DNA of 64,000 nucleotides from Alphaproteobacteria bacterium CG11_big_fil_rev_8_21_14_0_20_39_49 (GTDB lineage Bacteria; Pseudomonadota; Alphaproteobacteria; Rickettsiales; UBA6187): NCBI GenBank assembly GCA_002787635.1, contig PCXK01000001.1, positions 4,980 to 68,979 of the forward strand, read 5' to 3'. Shown piece by piece: positions 48,960 to 57,920 of this stretch (position 1 is its first letter; each line of letters starts with the position of its first letter). The notes under the pieces were generated by a model. It saw only the letters and a program-made list of their open reading frames with translations, ran no database searches and was not told where the DNA came from. The position numbers and the translations under genes were made by a program.

Positions 48960-49031
48960 TCCACGAATTTTGTTAGGAAGACAAAATTATAGTGGAATCC
49001 ACATTCAAAAAGTTTAGGAAAACTTTTTGAC
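48955..49031 (+). repeat. ~80-bp palindromic 'GTCAT...GAATT' element, copy 3
   Basis: gtcat-tccacgaatt-ttgttaggaagacaa-aattatagtggaa-tccacatt-caaaaagtttaggaaaactttttgac. It fills the whole gap between the aminotransferase stop (49034) and the PGT start. The PGT start codon (CAT at 48957-48959 on + strand) is inside the repeat terminus. Confidence 0.7.
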
Positions 49032-49033
49032 AA

Positions 49034-50254
49034 TTATGCTAAAAGCTTCTTAGTTGCCTCTATCACCCTTGCTATTTCCTCATCGGTCATTTTTGTATAT
49101 ATAGGCAGGCTTACAGACCTTGCAAATATTTTTTTTGCGATAGGGAAGCTGTCTTCATCAAGGTTTAATTTTTCCTGCCAGTATGGGTGAAAATGCAGCG
49201 GAATAAAATGAACGCTGCAACCGATCTGATAATCTGCCGCCATTTTTTGTATAAACTCATCTCTGCCTATAGGAGCTTCTTCATTCATGCGTATAACAAA
49301 TAAATGCCATGAATGTATGTCGCCGTTTTTCGTATCTTCGGGTAATTTTATCGGTAAATTCTTAAATGCTTCAAAATATTTTTCTTTTATATATTGCCTT
49401 CTTTGTTGGAACCTATCGGCTTTTTTTAGCTGTGCAATACCTATAGAGGCTGCGATATCTGTCATGTTTACTTTATAACCCGGTGCAACTATCTCATAAT
49501 ACCAGTTGGGCTTATCGGAGGTATAGCGGTCAAATACGTCACGTGAAATACCATGCAGACGCATAGTACGGCATCTTTTTGCAATATCCTCATTCTTAGT
49601 TACTATCATGCCGCCTTCGCCCGTAGTAATGGTTTTGGTGGCATAAAAACTATATATGGTGGCATCGGTATCCAAAGAGCCGATTAGCTGACCGTTGAAA
49701 GTGCAGGGAAGGGCATGGGCCGCATCTTCAATTATTTTTAAACCATGCTTGCGGGCTATTTTTATTATAGCTTCCATATTGCAGGCCAGTCCTGCAAAAT
49801 GTACGGGGATAATTGCTTTAGTTTTCTTTGTGATAGCAGCTTCTATTTTTAACGGGTCGATATTATAGCTGTCTTCATCAACATCGACTAAAACGGGAGT
49901 AGCTCCCAAATGGACGCACACCATAGCGGTAGCACTGAATGTATAAGGGGTGGTTATAACGTCATCGCCTTTTTTAACTCCTACGGCTTCTAATGCCAGC
50001 AGTAAACCTGAGGTGGCGGAGTTTACGCAAACGGTATGTACGCCTGATCCTATATAATCTGCAAAGTCTGATTCAAATTGTTTAGAGTTAGGTCCTGTTG
50101 TCATCCAACCTGAACGCATACAATTATTGACAAGCTCAATTTCCTCCTCGCCGATATCGGGAAGGGCAAAAGGAATGTGTTTTTGTTTAGATTCTTTTTT
50201 GTCTAACAAGTTGCGAATAACCTTTTTTATTTTATAGTATAGAAACCGGTGCAA
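49034..50254 (-). CDS. DegT/DnrJ/EryC1-family sugar aminotransferase (PglE-like)
   Basis: 406-aa track [38 protein letters not shown], plus [14 protein letters not shown] (PLP Lys). There is no ATG upstream of the conserved core. Candidate starts are TTG 50254 (inside MITE copy C) or TTG 50209. Confidence 0.8.
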   Translation of the reverse strand: MHRFLYYKIKKVIRNLLDKKESKQKHIPFALPDIGEEEIELVNNCMRSGWMTTGPNSKQFESDFADYIGSGVHTVCVNSATSGLLLALEAVGVKKGDDVITTPYTFSATAMVCVHLGATPVLVDVDEDSYNIDPLKIEAAITKKTKAIIPVHFAGLACNMEAIIKIARKHGLKIIEDAAHALPCTFNGQLIGSLDTDATIYSFYATKTITTGEGGMIVTKNEDIAKRCRTMRLHGISRDVFDRYTSDKPNWYYEIVAPGYKVNMTDIAASIGIAQLKKADRFQQRRQYIKEKYFEAFKNLPIKLPEDTKNGDIHSWHLFVIRMNEEAPIGRDEFIQKMAADYQIGCSVHFIPLHFHPYWQEKLNLDEDSFPIAKKIFARSVSLPIYTKMTDEEIARVIEATKKLLA

Positions 50255-50460
50255 AAGTCAAAAAACTACTCTCCCCTTGAGGGAGAGTTAAAAAGAGGGA
50301 GAGTTAAAAACACGTAAGTGTTTTTGTGAGGGGTGGAAACTCGCAAGTGTTTTTTATATTTGCGAGTGTCGACCCCTCCCTAACCCTCCCCCGTAAACGG
50401 GAGAGGGGATAAAAAGAACTCAAATTTGAACTTTACACCCTTTTGCAGAGGTTCCTATAG
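50237..50460 (-). mobile_element. ~220-bp MITE-like repeat, copy C (inverted; small internal duplication)
   Basis: The reverse complement aligns end to end with copies A and B. Terminus ...ttttgcagaggttcctatag. It carries an extra gggagagttaaaaa unit. Confidence 0.85.
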
Positions 50461-50545
50461 TTTATTCAATATACTATTTACCTTGAAATTGTCCATTATT
50501 TATAGTGTATATAGTTTTGCATAAAGATAAGTTAAAGGTATTTTT

Positions 50546-51844
50546 TTGATGAAAAGCAATAAAACGCTATCAATTTTAGATAAATCATCTTGGGCGATGT
50601 TATATTTTGTAGCGGCGACCTCGCCGTTGCTAAGCCTGTTTGCTCCTCTATCACTTGCCGTTTGTTTTGTTCTGGCAGGATTATTCCCTGCAATATCGGC
50701 AATCACCTATAGAAGATATGTTTGGAAGGATATTTTAAATTCACATGTATATAAGGTTATAGCCGTATTTTTTGTATTTGGTATTTTAAGTGTGCTTTGG
50801 TCAATAGACCCTGAACAGAGTTTTAGTATGTGGTATAGGTTATTGTTATTGTCTGTAGGGCTGGTTGCATTGCTTGAATTTATAAAACAAGCAGATATCA
50901 AAAATAAGCAAATTTTATGCAAAACTTTAGCGGTAGCTTTTTTTATAGCGTTAGTGGCTGCGAATATTGAAATTATTTCTGACGGCTCTTTAAGTAAGTT
51001 CTTTCAATCTTTTAAAGCTAAAGAATATAAATACGAACTTACCGACCTAAACAGGGGTGCTTCATATCTTGTAATAATCTTCTGGTGTGCGATTAGTTGG
51101 CTTATAGTAAGGAGTAAGCTGCTATTTGCCGTATTACTTACCGTTTTTACGATATTTACGGTTTTACGTCTTGAAAGCCAATCTTCATCAATGGCACTTA
51201 TTGTAGGTCTGGCGGTTTTCCCGTTGATATCGGTTTTCGGTAAAAAAGCGTTAAAAGCGATGATGGTGTTAGCGGTCTTGGCGGTTATTGCAGTTGCGGC
51301 ATTAAGCCATAAAATGAATCCGCAAGTAATGTTCGATAATATACCTGAAATGCCTAATTCTGCGACAGAGTACAGGCTTTATATCTGGGATTACACGGCA
51401 AAAAGGGCTATGGAAAAGCCCGTACTGGGCTGGGGGCTTAATTCTGCACGCTCAATTCCTATTACTCGGGAAGAATATGTATTGGGCGGAAGACACCCGT
51501 TGCCGTTGCACCCGCATAATAATGTCCTTCAGGTATGGCTGGAACTCGGATTTTTTGGATTAGCAGTTTTTATAGCATTTTTGGTATCGCAAATATATGC
51601 CATAAGTAACCTGAAATATTCAATCATTAATACTCATTGCAAGAGTGAATTGGTTCATAGCGGAAAAAAGAAAGTTATCAGAAGATTATATGAAAATTTT
51701 CCTGCCTCCATGTTTTTCGGTCTGTTCGCCGCATATTTTGCCATAGGCGAAACCGGCTACGGCATATGGCAGAACTGGTGGGTTGCAGGGGGATTATTAT
51801 CATTGGTTTTTATTCACTCATGTTTTTCAATTAAAAAATCTTAA
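50546..51844 (+). CDS. O-antigen ligase family (Wzy_C) membrane protein; WaaL- or PglL-like
   Basis: 432-aa ORF with about 10-12 TM helices. A periplasmic loop carries HPHNNVLQVWLELGFFG (the conserved H..N..LQ..E.G motif of O-antigen ligase/O-OTase families). Confidence 0.7.
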   Translation: MMKSNKTLSILDKSSWAMLYFVAATSPLLSLFAPLSLAVCFVLAGLFPAISAITYRRYVWKDILNSHVYKVIAVFFVFGILSVLWSIDPEQSFSMWYRLLLLSVGLVALLEFIKQADIKNKQILCKTLAVAFFIALVAANIEIISDGSLSKFFQSFKAKEYKYELTDLNRGASYLVIIFWCAISWLIVRSKLLFAVLLTVFTIFTVLRLESQSSSMALIVGLAVFPLISVFGKKALKAMMVLAVLAVIAVAALSHKMNPQVMFDNIPEMPNSATEYRLYIWDYTAKRAMEKPVLGWGLNSARSIPITREEYVLGGRHPLPLHPHNNVLQVWLELGFFGLAVFIAFLVSQIYAISNLKYSIINTHCKSELVHSGKKKVIRRLYENFPASMFFGLFAAYFAIGETGYGIWQNWWVAGGLLSLVFIHSCFSIKKS

Positions 51845-52065
51845 AATTAAAAAATCTTCGTGAAAACTGTATCAAAAACACAAAAAAACTTACTTTAAGT
51901 AGTAATTAGTGTCAATTAGATACGTTTTAAGGTTGTTTGTTAAGGAAGTGTTAACGTTTTTGTATTATTATTATATAGTTAACGTTACATTTAGGGCGTG
52001 AAATTAATAACAAAACGAACTTTAGGTATAATTAGTGAAGATATATATAATTGGGGGTTACAAGC

Positions 52066-53508
52066 ATGTCCTATAATATACTACTTGTTGACGATGATGT
52101 CGCACAGGCTCATGTGGTTGAACAAGTTATACATGATAAAATGCATTACAGAACACAACTGGTCGAAAACGGTCAAGATGCGATTGATCTTTTAACTTCA
52201 AAAGACGCATCGGGTATAGACCTTGTCCTTTTGGATATAGGACTACCGGGAATTGACGGGATACAGGTTCTTAACGCTATTAAACCCGTAAAACCGAATT
52301 TACCGGTAATTGTAAGAACCGGATATGACGATCTTGATTTGGCAGTTGATGCAATGAAAGCCGGTGCGGTTGACTTTGTGCAGAAAATGGATCCTCCTGA
52401 AAAATTAAAAAGAAGTATTGACGGAGCATTAAGACGTCACCTTTTAAACAGTGAAATGTCGATAATGAAAGAATCCGGAGGTAGGGGAGCTAGCTTTAAT
52501 GCTATTATAGGTAATAGCCCTTTGATTAAGGAAATGATAGATTTCGGTAAGAAAGTGGCTAAATCCGATATACCGGTTCTTCTCGAAGGTGAAAGCGGAA
52601 CAGGTAAAGAACTGATGGCAAGAGCAATACACTCATGCGGTAATAGAGCGGAGAAGCCGTTTATTGCCGTGAATTGCGGAGCGATTCCTGAAAATCTGGT
52701 TGAAAGTATATTGTTCGGACACGAAAAAGGTGCTTTTACCGGTGCGGTTTATAAAACTTTCGGTAAATTCAGGGAAGCTGACGGCGGAACTTTGTTTCTT
52801 GATGAGGTAGGCGAGTTACCTGTCGATATACAGGTTAAATTACTAAGGGTTTTGCAAGACGGTGAGATTGATCCTGTGGGTTCAAAACAATCAATGAAAG
52901 TAGATGTAAGGGTTATCTCGGCAACTAACCGTAATTTAGCCGAAGAGGTAAAAAACAACAAATTCCGTGAAGACCTGTTTTATAGGTTAAGTGTTTTCCC
53001 TATTCACACACCGTCGCTTCGTCAAAGGAAAGGCGATCTTATGCTTCTGGTAAATAATTTCGTTAACTCATTTGCCGCAGCAGAGGGTAAGAAAGTTTCT
53101 AAGGTATCAAAAGAAGCCGAGGAGCTGCTTACACAATACTCATGGCCGGGTAACATAAGGCAACTTAAAAATGCCGTATTCCGTGCCGTAGTTCTTGCCG
53201 AAGGTGACGAACTGCAAGCGGGGGACTTTCCTCAAATCGTCAGTGCCGTAAATAACGGTGAAGATGAAGAAGGCTTTTTGTTCGATGATTCAAACGGTGA
53301 TATAAGTGCAAACAGCATTCTTATGAATGAGAATAATGAGGACTACAGAACTTTAAGCGAGATAGAAAGGGACGTTATAATGTCGGCATTAGACTATTAT
53401 AAAGGACATATGTCCAAAGTAGCAAAAAAGCTAGGTATCGGACGCTCTACATTATACCGTAAACTAGAAGAGTTTGATATTCCTTATAATAAAAAAGCTA
53501 CCGGTTAA
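52066..53508 (+). CDS. sigma-54-dependent response regulator (NtrC/PilR/FleR type)
   Basis: REC domain (ILLVDDD...LVLLDIGLPGIDG), AAA+ domain (GESGTGKE, GAFTGA, ESELFGHE-like SILFGHEKG) and a Fis-type HTH at the C-terminus. Start set to ATG 52066. Confidence 0.85.
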   Translation: MSYNILLVDDDVAQAHVVEQVIHDKMHYRTQLVENGQDAIDLLTSKDASGIDLVLLDIGLPGIDGIQVLNAIKPVKPNLPVIVRTGYDDLDLAVDAMKAGAVDFVQKMDPPEKLKRSIDGALRRHLLNSEMSIMKESGGRGASFNAIIGNSPLIKEMIDFGKKVAKSDIPVLLEGESGTGKELMARAIHSCGNRAEKPFIAVNCGAIPENLVESILFGHEKGAFTGAVYKTFGKFREADGGTLFLDEVGELPVDIQVKLLRVLQDGEIDPVGSKQSMKVDVRVISATNRNLAEEVKNNKFREDLFYRLSVFPIHTPSLRQRKGDLMLLVNNFVNSFAAAEGKKVSKVSKEAEELLTQYSWPGNIRQLKNAVFRAVVLAEGDELQAGDFPQIVSAVNNGEDEEGFLFDDSNGDISANSILMNENNEDYRTLSEIERDVIMSALDYYKGHMSKVAKKLGIGRSTLYRKLEEFDIPYNKKATG

Positions 53509-53530
53509 TTTATAAAAGGAGAGAACTCAA

Positions 53531-54343
53531 TTGAGTATTCCTGATAAAAAAAACTGTTCCGATAGAGGCTTCACTCTGATAGAGCTGTCGATAGTGCTGG
53601 TTATTATGGGCATACTCGTTGCCGTGGTCGTAGGAGGTAGCGATATGCTACAAACCGCAAAATTAAGGGGAGTAATAACCGAGGTTCAAAAATATAAAGT
53701 TGCCGTTGACAGTTTTAAAGAAACATATAACGCCCTTCCGGGCGACATGACCAATGCCGTCGATTATTTCGGTGATGCAGGTGATTGCGGTAATGCTAAT
53801 CGTGTTGATAATCCCGGAACATGCAACGGTAACGGCGACGGAAGGTTAAGCGGTAGTGCTGCCAGTGATAATAAGGAGCCTTTTACATCATGGGATCAGC
53901 TTGCACTGGCGAGAATGATATCCGGTCATTACAGCGGTGGCGGTACGGAGGCTGAGATAGGTGTTAATTGTCCTCGGTCAGGTGATTATGAAGGGGCGGG
54001 ATTTTCAATGAGATATTATGCTGCCATGACTTCATGGGGTGTCGGCGGTTATGAAGATGCCTTGGGAAGAAAATTTGCAGGGAACTTTATAATGTTCGGG
54101 AAAACCCATGGATCAAGGAACGATTTGAACACTTCCGTGGTTAATCCCGCAGATGCATATTATATTGATTCAAAAATGGATGACGGAACTCCGGATTTCG
54201 GTTTCGTAATGGCGGGTAACGGCTCTTCAAATGTAGGGAACTGCACTACGGGTGCTGCTCCCGATATAATATATAATATGACTAATGAGGGTGTTTCCTG
54301 TAATTTAATATTTCATATAGGTTCGGGTGATTCAAATTATTAA
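53531..54343 (+). CDS. type IV pilin-like protein (prepilin N-terminal cleavage/methylation domain), paralog 1
   Basis: TTG start with AAGGAG upstream. Leader ...CSDRG|FTLIELSIVLVIMGILVAVVV with Glu5. LPGDM, CNGNGDG and YYIDSKMDDGTP motifs are shared with 57020-57775. C-terminal Cys pair (GNC...VSC). Confidence 0.7.
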   Translation: MSIPDKKNCSDRGFTLIELSIVLVIMGILVAVVVGGSDMLQTAKLRGVITEVQKYKVAVDSFKETYNALPGDMTNAVDYFGDAGDCGNANRVDNPGTCNGNGDGRLSGSAASDNKEPFTSWDQLALARMISGHYSGGGTEAEIGVNCPRSGDYEGAGFSMRYYAAMTSWGVGGYEDALGRKFAGNFIMFGKTHGSRNDLNTSVVNPADAYYIDSKMDDGTPDFGFVMAGNGSSNVGNCTTGAAPDIIYNMTNEGVSCNLIFHIGSGDSNY

Positions 54344-54351
54344 GGTATATT

Positions 54352-55113
54352 CTAAAACAACTCTATATCATCTTCGTCATCGTTCTTTTTATGATCCTCA
54401 AGATGAAAGCCTATTTCTTCAGCATCCTTTATATAGCCGTGTTCAATAAGGTGATTTACAAAAGATACCTGAAGCTCCCCAAGTCGGAACTGTGTAAGTA
54501 TCTCTTTGGCGAACTCTTTGTCAAGAAGCTTTCTGCGTTCGTCTTTTTGCAGGTTAGGCAATGATTTTGAAATTTCCTTTTCCAAATACTCAACGATAGT
54601 TTTCATTATATTTATCGTGATAAGTATATTTTGTGAAACCCTGTCCTGAAACTGCATACCCACAACTATTTTTGATATTTCGTTACTATTTTCTTTGATA
54701 TTGTCGGTGGCTTTTTTCAACTCGTTATGTAAGTCTTTTTCCTGTTTTTGTATTTCCTGTGAAAGATTCCTTAAAGCTTCTGCCGTATTTGCGTCCGATG
54801 TCTTTGCAGCAAGAGCTGAAAGATGGTCGGTTATCTCTATCTCTTTTTTCCCTATCTTGATAATATCAATAGCCTGATCTATGTAACGTATCTCTTTTTC
54901 AATATCCGAGCTATTCATTGTTATCTTATTAAAATGCTCGCTGATATCGTTCATGCTTGATTCTAAAAGGCTGTTTATTTTAGGAAGCTGTTCGGATAAT
55001 ACCTCGGTTGAACACATTTGCGATTCGGAAATACTTAACCATTCCTTCAAGGCTATTAGAGTCTGTTTTGAAGACTCTAACTTGCTGTTAAGATAATCAT
55101 TTTCCTGTTTCAT
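54352..55113 (-). CDS. CheZ-like CheY-P phosphatase candidate (coiled-coil protein)
   Basis: 253-aa helical ORF. GMQFQDRVSQNILITINIMKTIVEYLEKEI aligns with E. coli CheZ [26 protein letters not shown] (catalytic Asp and Gln at i/i+4). The acidic C-terminus ...DDEDDIELF resembles the CheZ CheY-binding peptide ...DDLLDSLGF. Confidence 0.45.
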   Translation of the reverse strand: MKQENDYLNSKLESSKQTLIALKEWLSISESQMCSTEVLSEQLPKINSLLESSMNDISEHFNKITMNSSDIEKEIRYIDQAIDIIKIGKKEIEITDHLSALAAKTSDANTAEALRNLSQEIQKQEKDLHNELKKATDNIKENSNEISKIVVGMQFQDRVSQNILITINIMKTIVEYLEKEISKSLPNLQKDERRKLLDKEFAKEILTQFRLGELQVSFVNHLIEHGYIKDAEEIGFHLEDHKKNDDEDDIELF

Positions 55114-55393
55114 TATAAATACCGCAAAATATGTTTTTTCAACCTTTTGGTGTAATGGAAATAATAACGCATAAGTGTTAATATATAATTAATTTCATAG
55201 TAAATGGTTAACTTATTTGTAAATTGCTTATTGAAATTAAATATGAAATGCTATACTACATGTTGTTATGACACTATTTTAATGAAAATAAATATTGTAA
55301 ATTTAACAAAATAATGCTTTAAATAAGTGTGAGTGTATAAAATTATTTATGGTTTTTGCGTACAGGTGATTACCTAACTTGAAGGAGTATAAA

Positions 55394-56947
55394 ATGGCAC
55401 TTAACATACATCTTCCGGAAAACACAGTTATGAAACCGGAAATTACAGTTTTCGGCGTTGGCGGTGCAGGCGGTAATGCTACCAATAATATGATAAAAGA
55501 AAATCTGGAAGGGGTGAATTTCGTAGTTGCAAATACTGACGCACAGGCTTTGGAAAATTCCGCTACGGAAAAAAGAATACAGCTTGGTCAGATAACTACG
55601 CAAGGTCTTGGAGCCGGAGCCATGCCTGAAGTGGGGGCTGCGGCTGCCGAAGAGGCTATAGAGGAAATAAAAGAACATTTAAGCAGTTGCAACATGGTGT
55701 TTATTACTGCAGGAATGGGTGGCGGTACAGGTACGGGAGCTGCTCCTGTAATTGCCCGTACGGCAAGGGAAAAAGGTATCCTTACTGTAGGCGTGGTTAC
55801 CAAGCCTTTCCATTTTGAAGGACCTCGTCGCATGAAACTTGCTGAAGCAGGTCTTGAGGAAATGCAAAGGAATGTAGATACGTTAATAGTTATTCCTAAC
55901 CAGAACTTATTCAGGCTTGCAAATGAGAAGACAACATTTGCAGATGCCTTCAAACTTGCCGATAATGTCCTGCATAGGGGAGTAAGAGGTGTTACCGACC
56001 TTATGGTTATGCCCGGTTTGATAAATCTTGATTTTGCCGATGTTAAGGCTGTTATGAGCGAAATGGGCAAAGCTATGATGGGAACGGGTGAAGCCGAAGG
56101 TGAAAGCCGTGCGCAGGATGCCGCAGAGGCAGCTATTTCAAACCCTCTTCTTGATAATGTATCAATGAAAGGTGCCAGAGGCGTGCTGATAAACATCACG
56201 GGCGGTTCGGATATGACGTTGTTCGAGGTAGATGTTGCTGCTAACCGTATCCGCGAAGAGGTTGATGAAAGTGCCAACATCATATTCGGTTCTACATTTA
56301 ATGATGAATTGCAGGGAAAAATAAGGGTTTCTGTCGTAGCTACGGGAATTGACTATAAGCCTGTAACCGAAACAAAGAGCTATTTTGTACAAAAACCAGT
56401 TCAAAAAGATATCTCGGAGAAAAGTATAGCCGTACAGGCTAAAGTTGATGAGATTGTTGAAAAACATAATAATAAACATGATGAAAAAGCTTGCGACTCC
56501 GAGCAAAGCGATATGTTGCAGGAATCTTATAAAGAAGAATTGTCGGAAGAGGAAAAAAGATTTTTTGACAAGCAGGAATCACTAAGTGAAGAAAAAAGGA
56601 CTAAAATTGAGATTGCTAACGATATCTCTGATGATGGTGACTTCTTCGTTCCTCCTTCTCCGGTAGAGCCTGAAAGCTACTCAAGCGGCGATAGTGAAAC
56701 CGCATATATTGAGGTTGAGCAGGAAGAAGATGAGGTAAGCAAGGATATCTATGAGCCTGTTCAAGCACGTTCGGGCGGTTTGTTCCAAAGAATGGCAAAT
56801 GCTGCAAGGGGGACAAGGGGAACTTCTAATAATGCTGAAAGCGTTTTAGAGCCTGTCGATGAAAATGAGGAAAGCTCCGAGGGTGATAGTAAAAAAGAAG
56901 ATGAGGATTTGATGGATATTCCTGCTTTCTTGAGGCGGAAAGCATAA
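55394..56947 (+). CDS. ftsZ: cell division protein FtsZ
   Basis: AAGGAG lies 6 nt upstream of ATG 55394. GGAGGNA and [13 protein letters not shown] tubulin signature. Long acidic linker, and the conserved C-terminal peptide [12 protein letters not shown]. Confidence 0.95.
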   Translation: MALNIHLPENTVMKPEITVFGVGGAGGNATNNMIKENLEGVNFVVANTDAQALENSATEKRIQLGQITTQGLGAGAMPEVGAAAAEEAIEEIKEHLSSCNMVFITAGMGGGTGTGAAPVIARTAREKGILTVGVVTKPFHFEGPRRMKLAEAGLEEMQRNVDTLIVIPNQNLFRLANEKTTFADAFKLADNVLHRGVRGVTDLMVMPGLINLDFADVKAVMSEMGKAMMGTGEAEGESRAQDAAEAAISNPLLDNVSMKGARGVLINITGGSDMTLFEVDVAANRIREEVDESANIIFGSTFNDELQGKIRVSVVATGIDYKPVTETKSYFVQKPVQKDISEKSIAVQAKVDEIVEKHNNKHDEKACDSEQSDMLQESYKEELSEEEKRFFDKQESLSEEKRTKIEIANDISDDGDFFVPPSPVEPESYSSGDSETAYIEVEQEEDEVSKDIYEPVQARSGGLFQRMANAARGTRGTSNNAESVLEPVDENEESSEGDSKKEDEDLMDIPAFLRRKA

Positions 56948-57019
56948 AACTTGATATAGTTTTAGTTTTTACTTCTTTTGTGCTATAATAACCCGATGGA
57001 TACAAATAATGGCAAAGTT

Positions 57020-57775
57020 ATGAATTACCCGAAAGGTTTTAGCCTCGTTGAACTTTCTATAGTGCTTGTGGTTATCGGAATACTTGTAGGTATAGTAACC
57101 GCCGGTGTTACGATTCAGAAAACTGCCGAGTTAAGGTCGATAATTAGTCAGGTCGAACAGTTAAAAATAGCTGTAGAAGCATTTGATGATAAATATGAAG
57201 ACCTTCCGGGAGATATGTCCGACGCACATGATTACTGGGACGATGGTGCTAACGGGGTTTGCGGTACGGCAGTTCAGTGTAACGGTAATGGCGACGGTGA
57301 TATTGATATAGGTAGCGGTGACGATAGTGAAAGTCTGCGTGCATGGCAGCATCTTAATTTGTCAGGCATAATAGACGGTGAATTCACCGGAACAGGAACC
57401 GGAACTACCCATATTCCTTTTGAGAACACTCTCGGTACATCAAGAACCGGTGGAGGGTATAGTATCAAAAGCCTTAATCAGGATAATGCAAATATGGATA
57501 ATGTTCATCAAGTTAACGGTACGAATATATCTGTAGGCGGTTTTGATTCGGCATCTTGGCCAAGAGGTAAGTTATTATCACCACCGGAAGCATATTATAT
57601 TGATAATAAAACGGACGACGGTGACCCTGATGACGGTAAAACGCAAAGCAGGGACTATCATAACGGATCATCATGGCAAAACGGCTGTCTTAATGACGAT
57701 GTTGATGACGGTAACAGGGATTATGTGAAGACAACGGAAGATAATGTTTGTATAATGTTCTTCGATATAAGGTAA
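57020..57775 (+). CDS. type IV pilin-like protein, paralog 2
   Basis: Leader MNYPKG|FSLVELSIVLVVIGILVGIV. Shares LPGDM, CNGNGDG and YYIDNKTDDGDP with paralog 1. C-terminal Cys pair (NGC...NVC). The track ORF begins at 56978 (TTG). The short leader starting at ATG 57020 fits prepilins better. Confidence 0.7.
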   Translation: MNYPKGFSLVELSIVLVVIGILVGIVTAGVTIQKTAELRSIISQVEQLKIAVEAFDDKYEDLPGDMSDAHDYWDDGANGVCGTAVQCNGNGDGDIDIGSGDDSESLRAWQHLNLSGIIDGEFTGTGTGTTHIPFENTLGTSRTGGGYSIKSLNQDNANMDNVHQVNGTNISVGGFDSASWPRGKLLSPPEAYYIDNKTDDGDPDDGKTQSRDYHNGSSWQNGCLNDDVDDGNRDYVKTTEDNVCIMFFDIR

Positions 57776-57827
57776 GTCTACCTTTTTAAGAATACAAAAG
57801 TAAATGCAATGCCCCATAATTGGTTTT

Positions 57828-57895
57828 GTCAACCTGAACTTGTTTCAGGTTCTATTGTAAAGTATAGTAGATGCTGAAATAAATTCAGCATGACA
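57828..57895 (+). repeat. double-hairpin repeat, copy 1
   Basis: aacctgaa-cttgt-ttcaggtt (57831-57851) and atgctgaa-ataaa-ttcagcat (57871-57891) followed by gaca. Lies between the convergent pilin paralog 2 and dapB. A related copy is at 63680-63746. Confidence 0.75.
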
Positions 57896-57920
57896 CATAT
57901 TTTTATTACGAAAGTAAAAA

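Noticed and set aside
53380-53530. Sigma-54 (-24 GG / -12 GC) promoter for pilin paralog 1, and likewise upstream of paralog 2 (56948-57019)
   Set aside because: No TGGCAC-N5-TTGC-like element with correct GG-N10-GC spacing was found by eye. Upstream of paralog 2 there is instead a TGcTATAAT extended -10-like sequence (56981-56989). That is too weak on its own to report as a feature.
55588-56283. 231-aa ORF on the - strand
   Set aside because: It is antisense to the conserved core of ftsZ. Its Ala/Ser/Pro-rich composition is typical of the reverse frame of a Gly/Ala-rich gene. Not a real gene.
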